Source: Lingula anatina (Eukaryota > Animalia > Brachiopoda). Taken from it: a stretch of DNA of 64,000 bases. Below, piece by piece: positions 27,645-40,402 of the stretch. The stretch covers positions 15,212,534 to 15,276,533 of the forward strand of contig CM120644.1 of assembly GCA_051362555.1 (NCBI GenBank). Reading direction: 5' to 3'. How positions within the stretch are numbered: the first letter of the stretch is position 1; every line of letters starts with the position of its first letter. Position numbers and translations under genes: made by a program. A model generated the notes under the pieces. That model saw only the letters and a list, made by a program, of their open reading frames with translations, searched no databases and was not told the origin of the DNA.

Positions 27645-28451
27645 AATGCCAAAGCACGGACACACAAACGTGCTGACTAATGTTCTCAATTACAAAAAAT
27701 AAAAATAAAATAAAAAAATAAAACAATAACACAAGAGAAAACATCGCAAACCTTACCTTATAATAAAAAGCCACGCACCACCTTTCCTATTTGCTACCGT
27801 TCTTGCTGAAGAGGTGGACACTTTCTAAAACCACATCGTTTCATCTTCGGACTCCATTCATAAATCACGTCATCATATGTCTATTAATATTAGGCTGTAA
27901 TCAGACACTGTAAATTACCGGGTAAAAGAGGTTTAAGTTAATCTCTTTGACGTCTTCTGTATGTTAATGTCTGTATGTTGCACTCATTACCAGTTGCCTT
28001 TTTTTCGCGGTTTTATTATTATTATTATTATTTTTATTCAATATTATCATTTTATTATTATTATTATTAATCAGGGGGAATAACTGTTGTTTAAGATTAT
28101 CTGTTCTGAGATTTAACACAAACGGCACTTATATTACTATACATCTTGAAGTTTTGCCATAGAAAAGTTTGCGCATTGCGCTCCTGTTCGTTTCTACGGG
28201 CAGCAAAACAAAGTGAATCGCTGATTGTTTTTGATAAACCAAAATCGACTTGGAAAAAATCGACTTCACACTTCAGAAACTTTGACATACGTTGCGAGTC
28301 GTTTTGTATGTGTGCGTGTTTTACCTGGAATTTTAATAACCCATTTAAGTTTACATTTGGCTTAAGGTGGTAGACAGGGTGTCCTCCCTTAGGCCTTTGT
28401 TAAATACCCGCATGTTTCTGACTGCTAACCGTCGAATACCTAGGCAGGCAC

Positions 28452-28641
28452 TACCCTCTACCAGGGTGACAGATTATATAGGGAAAAATGGAAAAAAAAG
28501 ACACCCTGCGACTTTTGGCCAGATGGAAGCAATTAAATCTGCACGGGCACAGATGGCAGAGAGTCAAATGACTGTCTATTTATCTAGAGAAATATCTGTG
28601 AATATCTGTGAAAAATCAATCCGTCGCCCTGGTAGAGGGTA
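28452..28641. mobile_element. 190-bp MITE with TIR TACCCTCTACCAGGG flanked by 9-bp direct repeat GGCAGGCAC
   Basis: ggcaggcac|taccctctaccagggtgacagatt...aatccgtcgccctggtagagggta|ggcaggcac. Confidence 0.85.
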
Positions 28642-28724
28642 GGCAGGCACAGCGTTTGGCAATAAACGTGCTGCCCCCCCCCCCCCCCCCCCCCCCCCCC
28701 ACCAATCCTAGACATGAATGACGC

Positions 28725-29207
28725 AATGCCCAGTATCAAGGCGTAAATCCCCGGACATCATGGAAGATGCAGTAGAAATTGCTCATTTGTAAATAATACA
28801 TAAAAATACAAATAATAAAATAATAATAAAACCCACAAGTTAAAGAACCACTTATCTTCGCCTCAGGTAAATGTAATTATGAATACAAAATGTAAACAGA
28901 GCAGAACAAAGTAACCCTAATTTTTCTTCAATTTACAGCTAAGATTGACAGTTGATAATACCTCCAATATTTCGTTGTCACTCAAAGCATCTTCATCAGG
29001 AAATGAGGCTAACTAGGTGAATAGCCTCCCCTCATGGTAATAGAATACATCTGAGTTTCAGACAAAAATCTTTTGATGTGTTCTCCCGGGGACTTCCCCA
29101 TTATGTAACCATATAGTTTATTGTTATGGTATGTCTTTTTAAGCATGTCAATGCAAAAGGAAGTGGGGATATTAGGAATCATAAGGTTTCCAATTCCAAA
29201 GCGTCAC
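28725..29207 (-). mobile_element. Penelope-like element terminal repeat (pLTR-like) copy containing a hammerhead motif
   Basis: Inverted homologue of 31464-31955 over ~480 bp; contains CTGATGA-A-stemII-GAAA motif on the minus strand. Confidence 0.6.
28961..29008 (-). ncRNA. Minimal type I hammerhead ribozyme-like motif (core intact)
   Basis: Minus strand: cctcatttc CTGATGA a GATG ctttgagtga CAAC GAA ATAT T ggagg. Conserved boxes, stem II with one mismatch, palindromic ATAT in place of stem III, stem I ttt-c/g-gag. Confidence 0.6.
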
Positions 29208-29673
29208 ACATCAGACGTGGTTGAAGAAATGGGGGGGGGGAGGCTATCATAGCCAACTCTCTTTCCTTTGCCTATGCAGTAAACCTCAGCTGAGAGCCTG
29301 GTTCTTTGAAAGTCCGACTTTTCCAAGCAAACATGCATGTTTTATGTGCATACTCACCATTAAAGCTGCAATATTAATATGAAACACGGATATTGCTATT
29401 TGCTCTGCACTGGTCACCTGTGGTCATTGCTTACATTAGATTGAAGGTCACTTGGTCAATGTTTACTATCTTCTTACTAGTTGCCTTATGCAATGCTCTG
29501 TTCATAGAAACTGAGTGCCACTTGTTTCTTAGGTACTTTAATTACTTATGGACAGCCCACTTTAGACAATGACCGGGTATACCTGACTTGCTTTAGCCTA
29601 CCAGTACAAGGTGTCACTAGTAACCCTGTTTTTAATAAACTAAGAACCCCATACCTCCATTAACATGTCTTTT

Positions 29674-29676
<3 letters not shown>

Positions 29677-29720
<44 letters not shown>
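29677..29720. repeat. (CA)n microsatellite
   Basis: Direct reading. Confidence 0.95.
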
Positions 29721-29721
<1 letters not shown>

Positions 29722-31029
29722 TCGGATTGGAAGCGAATTGAAAATAATCTTGGCCGGAAAAAAAGTTATGACTGCAACGGTTTAATTCATGACGCCACAA
29801 ACACGGAATCGGAATCGGTCTGTCTCGGTGGAGTAAATTAAGGTATCTTTTCAGACTGACTCGTTTCAGGTTTAAGCCGGCAGACAATCAAATATCTGGT
29901 CGATCGATTTTGTTGTCTGCTAATGAGACTTCTCTCAACAATTGCCAAGCGGAGTGGGCCTAGTTTAACACATAAAATTATGTGTAGCGGGTCACTGGTT
30001 TTAAAGTCAGTTCGGGTCGAAATTATTGGTCTTTTCTGATCCAGAATGAAGTCGTGATTGTCTTATTATACGGGAAATACAAAAATCGGAATTGTGGGGG
30101 AGAACCCATTTCTATCCTCTGCACAGTACGTGGAAGCGCAGGATGGTCATTTCAGTTTTTTTTAATCTAACGTTCAAGGACAGTTGATGTAAAATGTTTA
30201 TGATAAATCTAAGACCGCTTTTTGACTGACGCTTCGACGAATAAAACGTAAAGCGCTTAGGTAACCGTCCCCAGTGGGGCAAACTGCCTCCGATGCGCGT
30301 CTATAGTTGTGCGGGAAGCGCCAGATGCGACTCCGGCTAAAGCGCTTCCGTTCCTTCATCTAACACGAAATCACGCAATCAAAACTATATTTGCGATGGG
30401 GTAAACATTTTCCAATGACATCATTTGGCACTATGCGTTTGTTTTTCCATCTGCTTCTACATCGTTAGGTCACAGATCTTTGGTTATCAAATGGTAAAAT
30501 CGTTGGAAGGCTTTTTTTCCTAATTGGAACTGGTTTTATAAAAGTCACATTCTAGATAAACCCGAGAAAAGCTTTTGGGTATGTACATTTAGTACTGTCA
30601 TTTACCTTAGCACTGATAAGCAGTACTGGCAAATCAAGCATTTCTCAAAATATTACGCCAAGCTAAAAAGGCAGCTCAATCCTACAGGGCAAGAAACGAA
30701 AATGAACATGCAGTGCCTAAACCACGTCATCGTTTGCTCTGGCTACACAGTGTGTAAGCGGGCGCGCACCCGTGTGTGTATTGTTTGCATGATCCGCAAA
30801 CCCTCTATAATTTCAAATCAGCGAAAGAAGACGCTTGGATATTGAAAACAACTTTTCTTCCTGTGTGTGTCTGAAAATCGTCTACTTGTGAAGATAATAC
30901 CAGAGTATATATAGGCCTAAATGTATTTTTTTTAACATCGCTATCCACAACTATTCGATACTGCCCGTGCTGCCATTCAGATGGGCCGTTCAGAATGTGT
31001 TAGGTTGCAATAACTAATGTGCAATTAAA

Positions 31030-31325
31030 ATAAATAATAAAATTAAATAAAATGTATAAGTTAAAGAACTGCTTGGCTGCGCCTCAGTGGAGAGCTTTTT
31101 CTGTTTTTAAAATGTAAACAGGACAGAGTAATGTAATTTTTCTTCAATCAACAGCTAGTTTTAACAGGTAATATTACCTCCGATACTTCGATGTCTCTCA
31201 GAGCATCGCCATCAGAGAATGAGGCTATCAAGTTGAATAACCCTAATGAAGACGCTCTGAGAGACATCGAAATATTGGAAGTTATATTAGCTGCCAATAT
31301 TAGCCGTTGGTTTAAGTAGAATTAT
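31030..31325. mobile_element. Partial pLTR-like copy folded back on itself, with two divergent hammerhead-like motifs (31177-31224 minus; 31241-31280 plus)
   Basis: Direct homologue of 28810-29025 followed immediately by an inverted copy: cttcgatgtctctcagagcatcgccatcag ... ctaatgaagacgctctgagagacatcgaaatattgg. Confidence 0.6.
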
Positions 31326-31463
31326 CTCATTCCTCTAACATAATACAGCTGATGAAATCCCTTTCTAACGTAAAAAGAGCATATAGTGCAGTTGGCGCCG
31401 AAGAAAAACCCTACCTCAAATGTCCTTGTATTACATACTGGATAAAAAACAACAGACTTGATT

Positions 31464-31955
31464 CGTGACGCTTTGGAATTGGAAACCAAATGATACCTAA
31501 TATCCCCACTTACTTTTGCATTTACATGCTTAAAAACACATACCATAACAATAAACCTTATGGTTACATAATGGGAAAAATCACAACTGGGTTGAGAACA
31601 CATCAAAAGATTCGTGTCTGAGAGTCAGATGTGTTCTATTACCATGCAGAGAGGCTATTCACCTGGATAGCCTCATTCCCTGATGAAGATGCTGCGAGGG
31701 ACATCGAAGGAAATATCAACTGTCAATCTTAGTTGTAAATTGAAGAAAAATTACTTTGTTCTGCTCTGAATACATTTTGAAATCAAAATTATTTTCACCT
31801 GAGGCGAAGACAAGTCCTTCTCTAACTTGTGGGTTTTATAATTGTTTTATTATTTGTTTTGTTTTTTTATCCATTATCTATAAACAAATGAGCGATTTCT
31901 ACTGCATGTTCTTTGATCACTTTCTTTTACGTATTGATATTGGGCATGGTGTCAT
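31464..31955 (+). mobile_element. Penelope-like pLTR-like copy with a damaged hammerhead motif (31671-31720)
   Basis: Reverse-complement homologue of 28725-29207; cctcattcc CTGATGA a GATG ctgcgaggga CATC GAA followed by a small deletion. Confidence 0.6.
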
Positions 31956-32691
31956 GCAATTGTGGCATATCTATGATTCGGAGGGGGGGAGCAGGCTGCG
32001 TGCAGCCGATCCCCTTAACTTCGGCTACCCCCCCTTACCCGTCTCCTTAAGAAAATTGAATACATAGATGGATAAATAAATAAATGAATAAAACCTCAAA
32101 TAATAAACAAGAGAAATGAGACAAAAACAACATTCTACACTGCAACTTATAGTAAATCGTACTCTTCTGTGGTTTTATCTTTGCCATGATTGAATTATAC
32201 TGAAAAATTTTACTGGAAATTGCATTAGTCTACTTCTTAAATCTTCTAATTGCTGACCGTGGATCTGGTATATCGCTCTCATCACTGCCTTGCGGAGATC
32301 TGGTAATTGCATAAAACCCTCGTTATCACTGCTAATTACCTCGGAAACATGATGACTTTGAAACCACAGGGAAAATCGCTATCTCATGAGCGACTTCCTT
32401 TTCACAGCTTACATAGATTAGAATACGTTCACACTACTCATATATGGGTCGAGTCTGATTCGATCCGAAAATATCTTGGAGCGGTCGATTTTCAGGGTTG
32501 TAAACTTTCTGGAATGTAAGAACAGCGTATAATGACTAGGCATTTTGTTGTTTTCAAAATATTAACACTTAAAGGAGTGTGACACCTATGGGCCACCATA
32601 GTAAGAACAACAGTTACAACCACGGTGTATTTCAGAAAGCATACTTTGTTTGCAGTTTTGTTTTATATAGCGACCTGCAATGTCCCACTTC

Positions 32692-33152
32692 GTGTAACAG
32701 GAACAGAAGTCCCAGGAATGGAAGTCCAGGCTCCCATATGGTTAGTACAAGTTAGGGTTAGTAGGGGTATTGGGGTTTTAAAATATGTGGGACGAATGTC
32801 ACCTGTACAAAGTAATAAGAAACGGACCACGGTTCCTAGCGGACTTCCGTTACTGTTCAACCGGTGTTTCCTCCAAAATGGCAAAGGCAATGAACTTCAC
32901 AGAACATGTTCAATTTGAACCAATCAAATTAACCTTTTTAAAAATAAATATGTATGAAGCGATATACTTAGCCAGATTGATCCACTCCGAGAGATTCTAA
33001 CATGCAATAACGTTACAGAGAACACCCTACGACGGAGAGTTCGCTTCCTATTCAATTGTACAGATAAGCCTCGTCCTAGATTTTGACCCACTTGGCCCAG
33101 GCTAACCCTAACCATTATAACTAAATGGGGCACGGACTTTCTGTTACACGGA
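32692..33152. mobile_element. Two short TTAGGG-containing TIR elements (32692-32866; 33010-33152), inverted relative to 24928-25233
   Basis: gtgtaacaggaacagaagtcc..gttagggttag..gaatgtcacctgtacaaagtaa; ctaaccctaacc..ggactttctgttacacggac. Confidence 0.7.
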
Positions 33153-34186
33153 CAGTCAGCTTCGTTACCTCGGGATTTTAAGTTGTCAGTTCCCTTAAAT
33201 TGGTCTGATCAGCCTCATTCGTGAACATCACAGTTACCGGGAATTGTATTTACAGCAAAACTGAATATATCAATAAAGACAAATAAATAAATAAAATAAG
33301 AAAAACACTCACTGGTATTGCCGTAACATCTGCAAATCTAACACTCAAATAGTAGAAACGACACCGAACTAACATTGTTTTTAACTCATGTCACCAAAAT
33401 GAGATCTCTCACACTCTGTTTACGCAATGCTTTTTCCTCAACCACGCAAAGTTGGGTAACAGTCATAGCATAGTAGTGGATTCCTGCGCTTCTCTAATGC
33501 AATCATACTTGAGCTTTTTAACTGGGTTGATTCCTTACATTTTGCTTGGACGTTTACTTTCTAAGGGTATGGGCACAAGTTAGTACATGCACTTATGTTA
33601 ATCAAATTCAGGATATGCTCCTGGAAAACTGATTTAGGCTTTTATATGAGATTGTGTGAGTTTAATATGAACTTGCGCGCAATGCAATTGACTTTTCGAT
33701 TTTGTAAAATGTTCGACAGCTGTTATTGTTTGGAACTATGCATACAACGGGATTTTCAGATCATTATGTTTACTGCACCATGCAACCTTGTAATTTTAAG
33801 TTAAGTTAAACACACGGAATTATAGAATAACTGTTTCCCTTTATTGCTGAGACGCATTGTGTTGAAAGACCAGCGAAATGCGTTTTCTTGTTTAACCGCG
33901 GTTTAATCTAACCAGCACTAAAATCTAACCCATTTCCGACCGACCATGAACATTTCATCACAAACCCTCCGTCAATTTCAACATAATATTACCAACATAT
34001 TGAAAGTTTAATGATTATGTTTTGAAAACACATCGTTAGCTGCGTGAGAGGGGTTATTTAAATGCGGGTGTCAACTTTTGAATGGGATGAATTGTTATCT
34101 CTATGAATAAGCAAAAAACAACTTAAAAAACCCAAACCATATGAAAAAAGGCAATAATGTTGGCCTTTCCTTTATTCATACATATA

Positions 34187-34209
34187 TGTGTGTGTGTGTG
34201 TGTGCGTGC

Positions 34210-34235
<26 letters not shown>
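34187..34235. repeat. (TG)n microsatellite
   Basis: Direct reading. Confidence 0.95.
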
Positions 34236-34240
<5 letters not shown>

Positions 34241-35892
34241 CATCTTCACCTTATATTGTTTTTTTTTTTTTCTATTTCACTGCAGTACGCACACCTAATA
34301 AGACTACAAATTGAACTCTCTATCAAAATAAAAAATCTACAAATGCAGGTATAATGTTAACGATTAAACAGACACACTTTCGCAGCATTTAATCTCCTTT
34401 TGGTTCTATATACATGTTCATATGCTGCACTGCGTTGGTACTGAACCGCCAAATGCTTGTCTGATAATAAACTCCATAATTATTACACTACCAGCAGTGC
34501 AACCAGGAATAATTCAACAATAATCAACAGCTTAAATGAAACCATGCTTGTTAGACCTTAACATAACAAAAATAATACTCTGGTAATTTTCTGATAATCA
34601 CCACATTCAACCTTATCGCAAATGGGTTTTTATATCGTTATAGCAATATAGTGTCCTTTAAAGGAGAAAATGGAAAAGTTAAAATTGCAAGGACTCTGGT
34701 TATATATAATAGCGCGCACATTGTATACATAAACCTTCAATATTCCAATCATGATTAATTTTTGTCGTGACTTACGGTATGACTGATGAAGTAGTAAAAA
34801 ATGTATGTGCATAAATGTAAATGTATGGTGATACTGAAGTTATTGAATCACCTTGGTTTATACGTTACTCGATGATAAAGTGTGAAAGTGAATGGTGTTA
34901 GTTTGTATATATATACCAATGTGCAGGAGGGAAAAAAGAGAGCTATAGGCCAGACACGCGTGAACTGTTTACCTTCAAGTAATTTTCAATGTGTTTTAAT
35001 TATAATAACATGTGCAGCAACTTAATTGTCACGCTCGAATTTATTCACAGAGAGCTCACTATTAATTTTACAGAAAATCCTTCACCCTATGTTGCAGCGT
35101 ACTGCTCCTGAGTCTCTCCCGTTTCAACGACGTAAATGTTCAGTGTATAATTTCATCGAATAATACTCCCAGCATAAACTCCAATAAGTCTGCCCCAGCT
35201 TGTATTTTTATAATTGCCATATCAGCACGATTTTTATTTCAGTGCCAGTAAAGAACAAGCGGGCATATACATATGTAAATGATGCTTATGTGAAGCGGCT
35301 GCTCCGCTCGTTCTCTATAGAACTCAAACCTACGCTTATTGACGACCTCGCATTAATGTTAGTTATACAAAAGCAAGTGTGTCGCTAAGTAGCATCAGAA
35401 ACCCGGGGTGAAAATCACATCGTTGAATACAGTTTTACGAGAGAAGAACGTATTTATGCAATTATGTAATTAATTCATGAGACGGCGGTTGTGAAATATG
35501 GATCTGTCATTTTTATGCTGCTGAAGTATATTCTAAATAGCCGTGATGTGGGACGAAGCAACGAGTCTATATGAATTATGCACGTGTGCGTTTGAATGAT
35601 TTAAAGTTGAGACACAACCTTTTCTAGGACTAAACGTGCGTTGATGATCGAATTGCTTAATTTATCTTGGTTGTGTCATTTACCCGCTGAATCCAAAACG
35701 GAGCTGCTGCTATTCGAGACGAAGGTGCACAATTGTTATTACATGTAATTGAGGCGCTCATCAAGAGCGTATTATCAATGGATTAACTAGGAGCTGAAAT
35801 TAACGTTTTTCTGATCAAACTACAGTCGTATATATACGAATGTATATGTAGATTTTGTAGTAACACTCAAGAGACTACGAGAATAGCCAAGC

Positions 35893-38800
35893 ATGAACAT
35901 GACGGAAAAGCACGGATATGACATGTTTAGTACCAGTGACATTGTAAGTAATGGCGGTATACTACCGATGTATATTTCTTCCATTTGTGAATCCAAGATG
36001 TCAAACATAAGTTTTAATTTATTGTTACTATCATTCAGGCCTGTAGCCAGGGGGGTTGGAGGGTCCAAAAGCACCCACCCCCTTTTTTTGCTGGGAAAAG
36101 GTCCTCTCTGGATAAAGTTCCATCTAGGTACATGTACACCAAGGTGTCATGGTAAAAGATCCACTTTTTCATAAAAAGAACCCCCCCCCCTTTTTGATAT
36201 TGCTGGCTACGGGCCTGATAATTATAGTACTTAAACTTTATTCATACTTTGAATTTTTCTGTTTATCAATTTTATTTCCCTTTCATGTTTCCAACATAAT
36301 TGAGTCCATTAAACATGGGGGAGGGGGTAACTCTGCCTCTGGAAATGGGGAGTGGGGGGCGTGCTAGAGGTGTACTGCTTTGGGTAAAGCTACATGTACT
36401 AGTATATATGCATATTTGAAAAATATATCTGTGCGATGATTAACATAATCATGTCAAGAAAGCTTTGTAATTGTACCCGATTCTACTAAGTCTTTTGCCT
36501 ATATACGCTGTATGATACAGTGTAATGGGGATATTATGCAGTCCTAAATGTAGCTGATGGTTTTCCATTCATCTAATTATTTGTTTGTTTAATTATTTAT
36601 TAAGTCAATTTTGTCTTTGCTTATATACCAATACATTAAGTCATATAACGTATAATGTAAATCACCTAGTATTCAAACATTTATTCTGTAAAAAGTTAGA
36701 GTGTATCAAATTCATTCTGTTTTGAATTATGCATGCGTTGACCCAATTTGAGTACGCAGATTTAACCATTTCTTTCAGTTGACGTTTCACGTTGGAACCA
36801 GTGAGACGCTGTTCTTTGAAAAGTGGCTAGTCAGTCAGGATAAACGTAAGTCTGTCTGCCTTTTCTTTCTTTTTTCTTTTTCTCTTTCTTTCTTTCCCTC
36901 TTGTCAGTGTTCTTCTCTGCACTTACTTTTCAAGAGACCGCATTCAGATTCAAACATCGTACCATCTGTGTCGATCCAACTCTGCAAGGGATTCTCGCAG
37001 CAGTGAAATCAGTGGGATCAGATTAACTGCCTGATACTCCTCCTCGAGGAAGGAGGGATTAACTTCCGCGTGCGCTGAAATAAATCACACCCTAGCTGCT
37101 CGAGGAGCTTTCCTCTCCCCAAGTAAACTTCTGGAACTTCAAATAATATGCACATCAGTTTACTTAACATTATCATTATTATTATTATTATGGCTCATAA
37201 AAAATCATACATACGTGACATTATTAGGGGACTAATGCATTTTTTTTACTTTTGTTTTCTTATTGTCACAAACACCATACATATAAGAGGTGCACGTCAC
37301 TAGCTGTGTATATGGTGGAACGTGGAGAAAAATCCAGTATTTTAGCAATATTTTCACATTTTCATTGCCATACAGATCGTTTAAGCCAATATGTCGGGCT
37401 TCATTTTTTTTTTTTTTTTTTTTTTGTATAAATGGCCTTTTCTAGCTGTGATAATCGAGTTAGTTCCCGTTGGCCGTACCATGAAATATTGGCGGAATTC
37501 AAACCCTCATATCTCGGAGATTTGAACATTGTTTCACGACATCTAGCTTTTTTTTGCGGGCCAGCCGGATCTAGGTGCTGACTATGACGTCATGCCGTAC
37601 CGCATTATTAATTTGGTATTTGACAACATGATCCAAATTATGTAGTCGCCTACATAAACATCCATGTAACAAGTCATATACAGGCATGTACAAGACCATC
37701 CTGGTGATTACGCCAATGAAATAATTAATGATCTTACCTTGAGTGGAATAAGCTATAATGTAATGATAGGAACGCGGCGTCAGTTATGTGAAACTGAGTC
37801 AAAATGTCGGTTTTACTAGTGTATCAATGCTAAAATAGCGCACGGTTATTATTATCGAGTATATAATAGCCTTATTTGACAAGTCACTCTTCTCTTTAAC
37901 ACATTAAAAAGATGATTCCTAGGTCAATACCGCGTGTCATCATCGTCATCATCATTATCATCACCAGAATGATCCTCCGTATATCGAAGGTCATCGGTAC
38001 ACTCCACGGACCATGGACCGCTTGTCAGAGAAAATGAAATGATGACAAGCAATGATGATAAATTTCTACATTTCTATTTTGTGTTTTAAACGTATAGCTT
38101 TTGAAAAAATATTGAGGTTAGGTTTTTTTTACCATGCAGCCCAATATTCAAATATTAAGCCATTTTCCCTTTTTTCCTTTAGTCGCGTTCATCCAGACCG
38201 GCAATTGACTTAATGATGTCTCATTAGAGTACTAGTTAGTCGCACTAGCACCACAGCCCAGACTTTTAAATCACATATTTTGGCATTCATTGACCAACGT
38301 CAGTTTTCAACCAAAGTCCGACATCGTGCTAATATCAATTTATTTTTCCAGAGTTCTTGGTAACCTGTGTCGCAGTGTTTTTTCTTGCCTTTTTCCATGA
38401 AGGCCTCAAAGCGTTGGTTGATTACGTCAAGATGAGCAGAGACCGAGTCTATGACGCCACGCAATCTGCCACTGCGAGACAGTCTTCAGAAAAAGACAAA
38501 ACGGAAAAGACCGGAAACGCTGACAGCATGGGTCACGAACCGAGGTAAAACGCCTTCGTAGGACGGAAATATCTGCTATTTCTGTGGAAGTGGTATAAAT
38601 AGCCAAAAATGACCAACATATTAGAACAGGAATCATCCATATAAGAGACCGTCAGAGCTTTCTGACGTCATTACAGACTAGAAAAAAGCAAAACACCAGA
38701 TCTAGAATCATTTCACCAACTCACTCGACAATCTGCCATTATTTCTGACACCTCTGTCCTCCCAACGTCGCAAAAACTCTCCACCCTTCACGCTTATACA

Positions 38801-39273
38801 TGTAGTCGCGAGACAGCTATCTCGGATGATCAACATAGGTTATCACTTGCTAACCTGAGTTTTAGAGCATTGACAGTATCTAGTTTATTTATTTATTATT
38901 ATTTTTTTATGGGAAACAAATACCGGTTCAGACTTAAAGGGAAATATTATATTCTCCGAAACTTAGGGTGGAAAGATAGTTGCTATGGGAACTACGTTGA
39001 CATATAAGAACTATTACAGAACTAATGTTTTTAATATATATATTTTTCTTTTACAGGCCATTCACTCGATTTTTTTGCTCGCTCCACGTTCTTCATTCCT
39101 TCCTGTACACAATCCAAATGTTCACAGCATATACTCTTATGATCGTCTTCATGACCCTAAACGTCTGGCTTTGCGCTTTGGTATGTCTTGGGGTCGGCAT
39201 CGGGACGCTGCTATTCAGATTACCAATCTGTCCGATGCAGTCGCCATCTATTGACAATAAACAGAACGACTGA
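35893..39273 (+). CDS. CTR/SLC31-family copper transporter, 175 aa, 4 exons (35893-35943, 36779-36845, 38352-38544, 39057-39273); CTR2-like (no C-terminal HCH)
   Basis: Spliced product MNMTEKHGYDMFSTSDI|LTFHVGTSETLFFEKWLVSQDK|QFLVTCVAVFFLAFFHEGLKALV...EPR|PFTRFFCSLHVLHSFLYTIQMFTAYTLMIVFMTLNVWLCALVCLGVGIGTLLF... Shows TM1 EGLK, TM2 MxxxM and TM3 GxxxG. All junctions GT-AG with consistent phases (528 nt). Exon 1 is the least certain. Confidence 0.92.
36036..36217. mobile_element. hAT-like MITE in CTR intron 1
   Basis: TIRs caggcctgtagccag / ctggctacgggcctg with poly-G/poly-C subterminal tracts; TSD not recognisable. Confidence 0.65.
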
Positions 39274-40402
39274 AAGGGAATATATTGAACTTGGTCTTGA
39301 CATGGTTGATTTATAACCATCCGTCATTATCAAAGAAGAAATAAGGAATTGTGATAGAATTCTCCAATGGAATATGTGGACAATATTTATCTATTAATAT
39401 TTTATGTATATCAAAGTCATAATATATTATATTGTCAGCACACGTTTTCGCACACAATTTGTGGGGTTGCTTTTATTTGACAATAAAAAGAAATTTTAGG
39501 ATTTTTTCGCATAACCCCCCTCTCTAAATCTAACAGTAAATAATTTAAAAAAAAGTTAAAGAAAATTAAATTAATAACCCGGGTTTTTCTATCATCAAAA
39601 TGCCTGTACAGTATATGTAGATGATGCAGTGCACTCAGATACTGGGTGGACATGACTGTCTATAAATAAAAGCGTCTAATTATCCTGAATGTTGTTTGCA
39701 AGCTTATGACATGTCTTAAACCGACAAGCGGTTGAAAATACCTTAAAATTCGAACAGTTGTTAAACCCTACTCTCGTCCACTTAGAGTCTCTGTGATTTG
39801 GTCTAAACCATATTCTTAGAGCGGTATTAGAACAACATATACCCTGTAGGCCTATATATCAAAGTAAATATTTATATTTCTCGTCCGGCGTCGAAAAAGG
39901 GTCACAGGAAAGCGGTTTTTTCAAAAACTTTTGCCAAAAGTGATGCAGCATAGGAGAAATATGGCGGTACTTGGGACGTGTTTAATCATAGAAACTGAAT
40001 TGGGCCTACGTGCATTCGACTGCACTTCGGATTATGGCCTACCTGAATTAATATAGAGCAAGGTTATTTTCAACTACAGCAGTTTAGCTCGTTACAGCAC
40101 TGGTGCATGTAAGTACGACTATTATTCAGCGGAATAATCTAACATTAAATGTATATATAAGCTTAAACTATATAGTGCCAGTTTTATAAGAATTTTGCCC
40201 TTCTGTAACTTAGAGGCTAGGATGCATACTCCATGAATGTACTTAAACATTGGTTAAGTACCCGTACCTTTGTAAGAGACTTCTATTGGACTGGGGGTAG
40301 GGGAAATGCTTACACTTTATAAAGTTAACTACTACCAGTAGTATAAAAAAAACTAAAAAACTTGAGTGAAGATCGAGGGGATTACCCCACCTCTGCCTAC
40401 AA

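Noticed and set aside
29207-29660. Possible degraded Penelope GIY-YIG/RT coding remnant adjacent to the hammerhead repeat (NIRVSY-like segment on minus strand)
   Set aside because: Too many stops and frameshifts to support by eye; needs TBLASTN
30762-34718. Three TGCGCGC metal-response-element matches (30762, 33674, 34712) upstream of the CTR gene
   Set aside because: TGCRCNC is expected roughly 1-2 times per 5 kb by chance, and the matches are not clustered near a defined promoter
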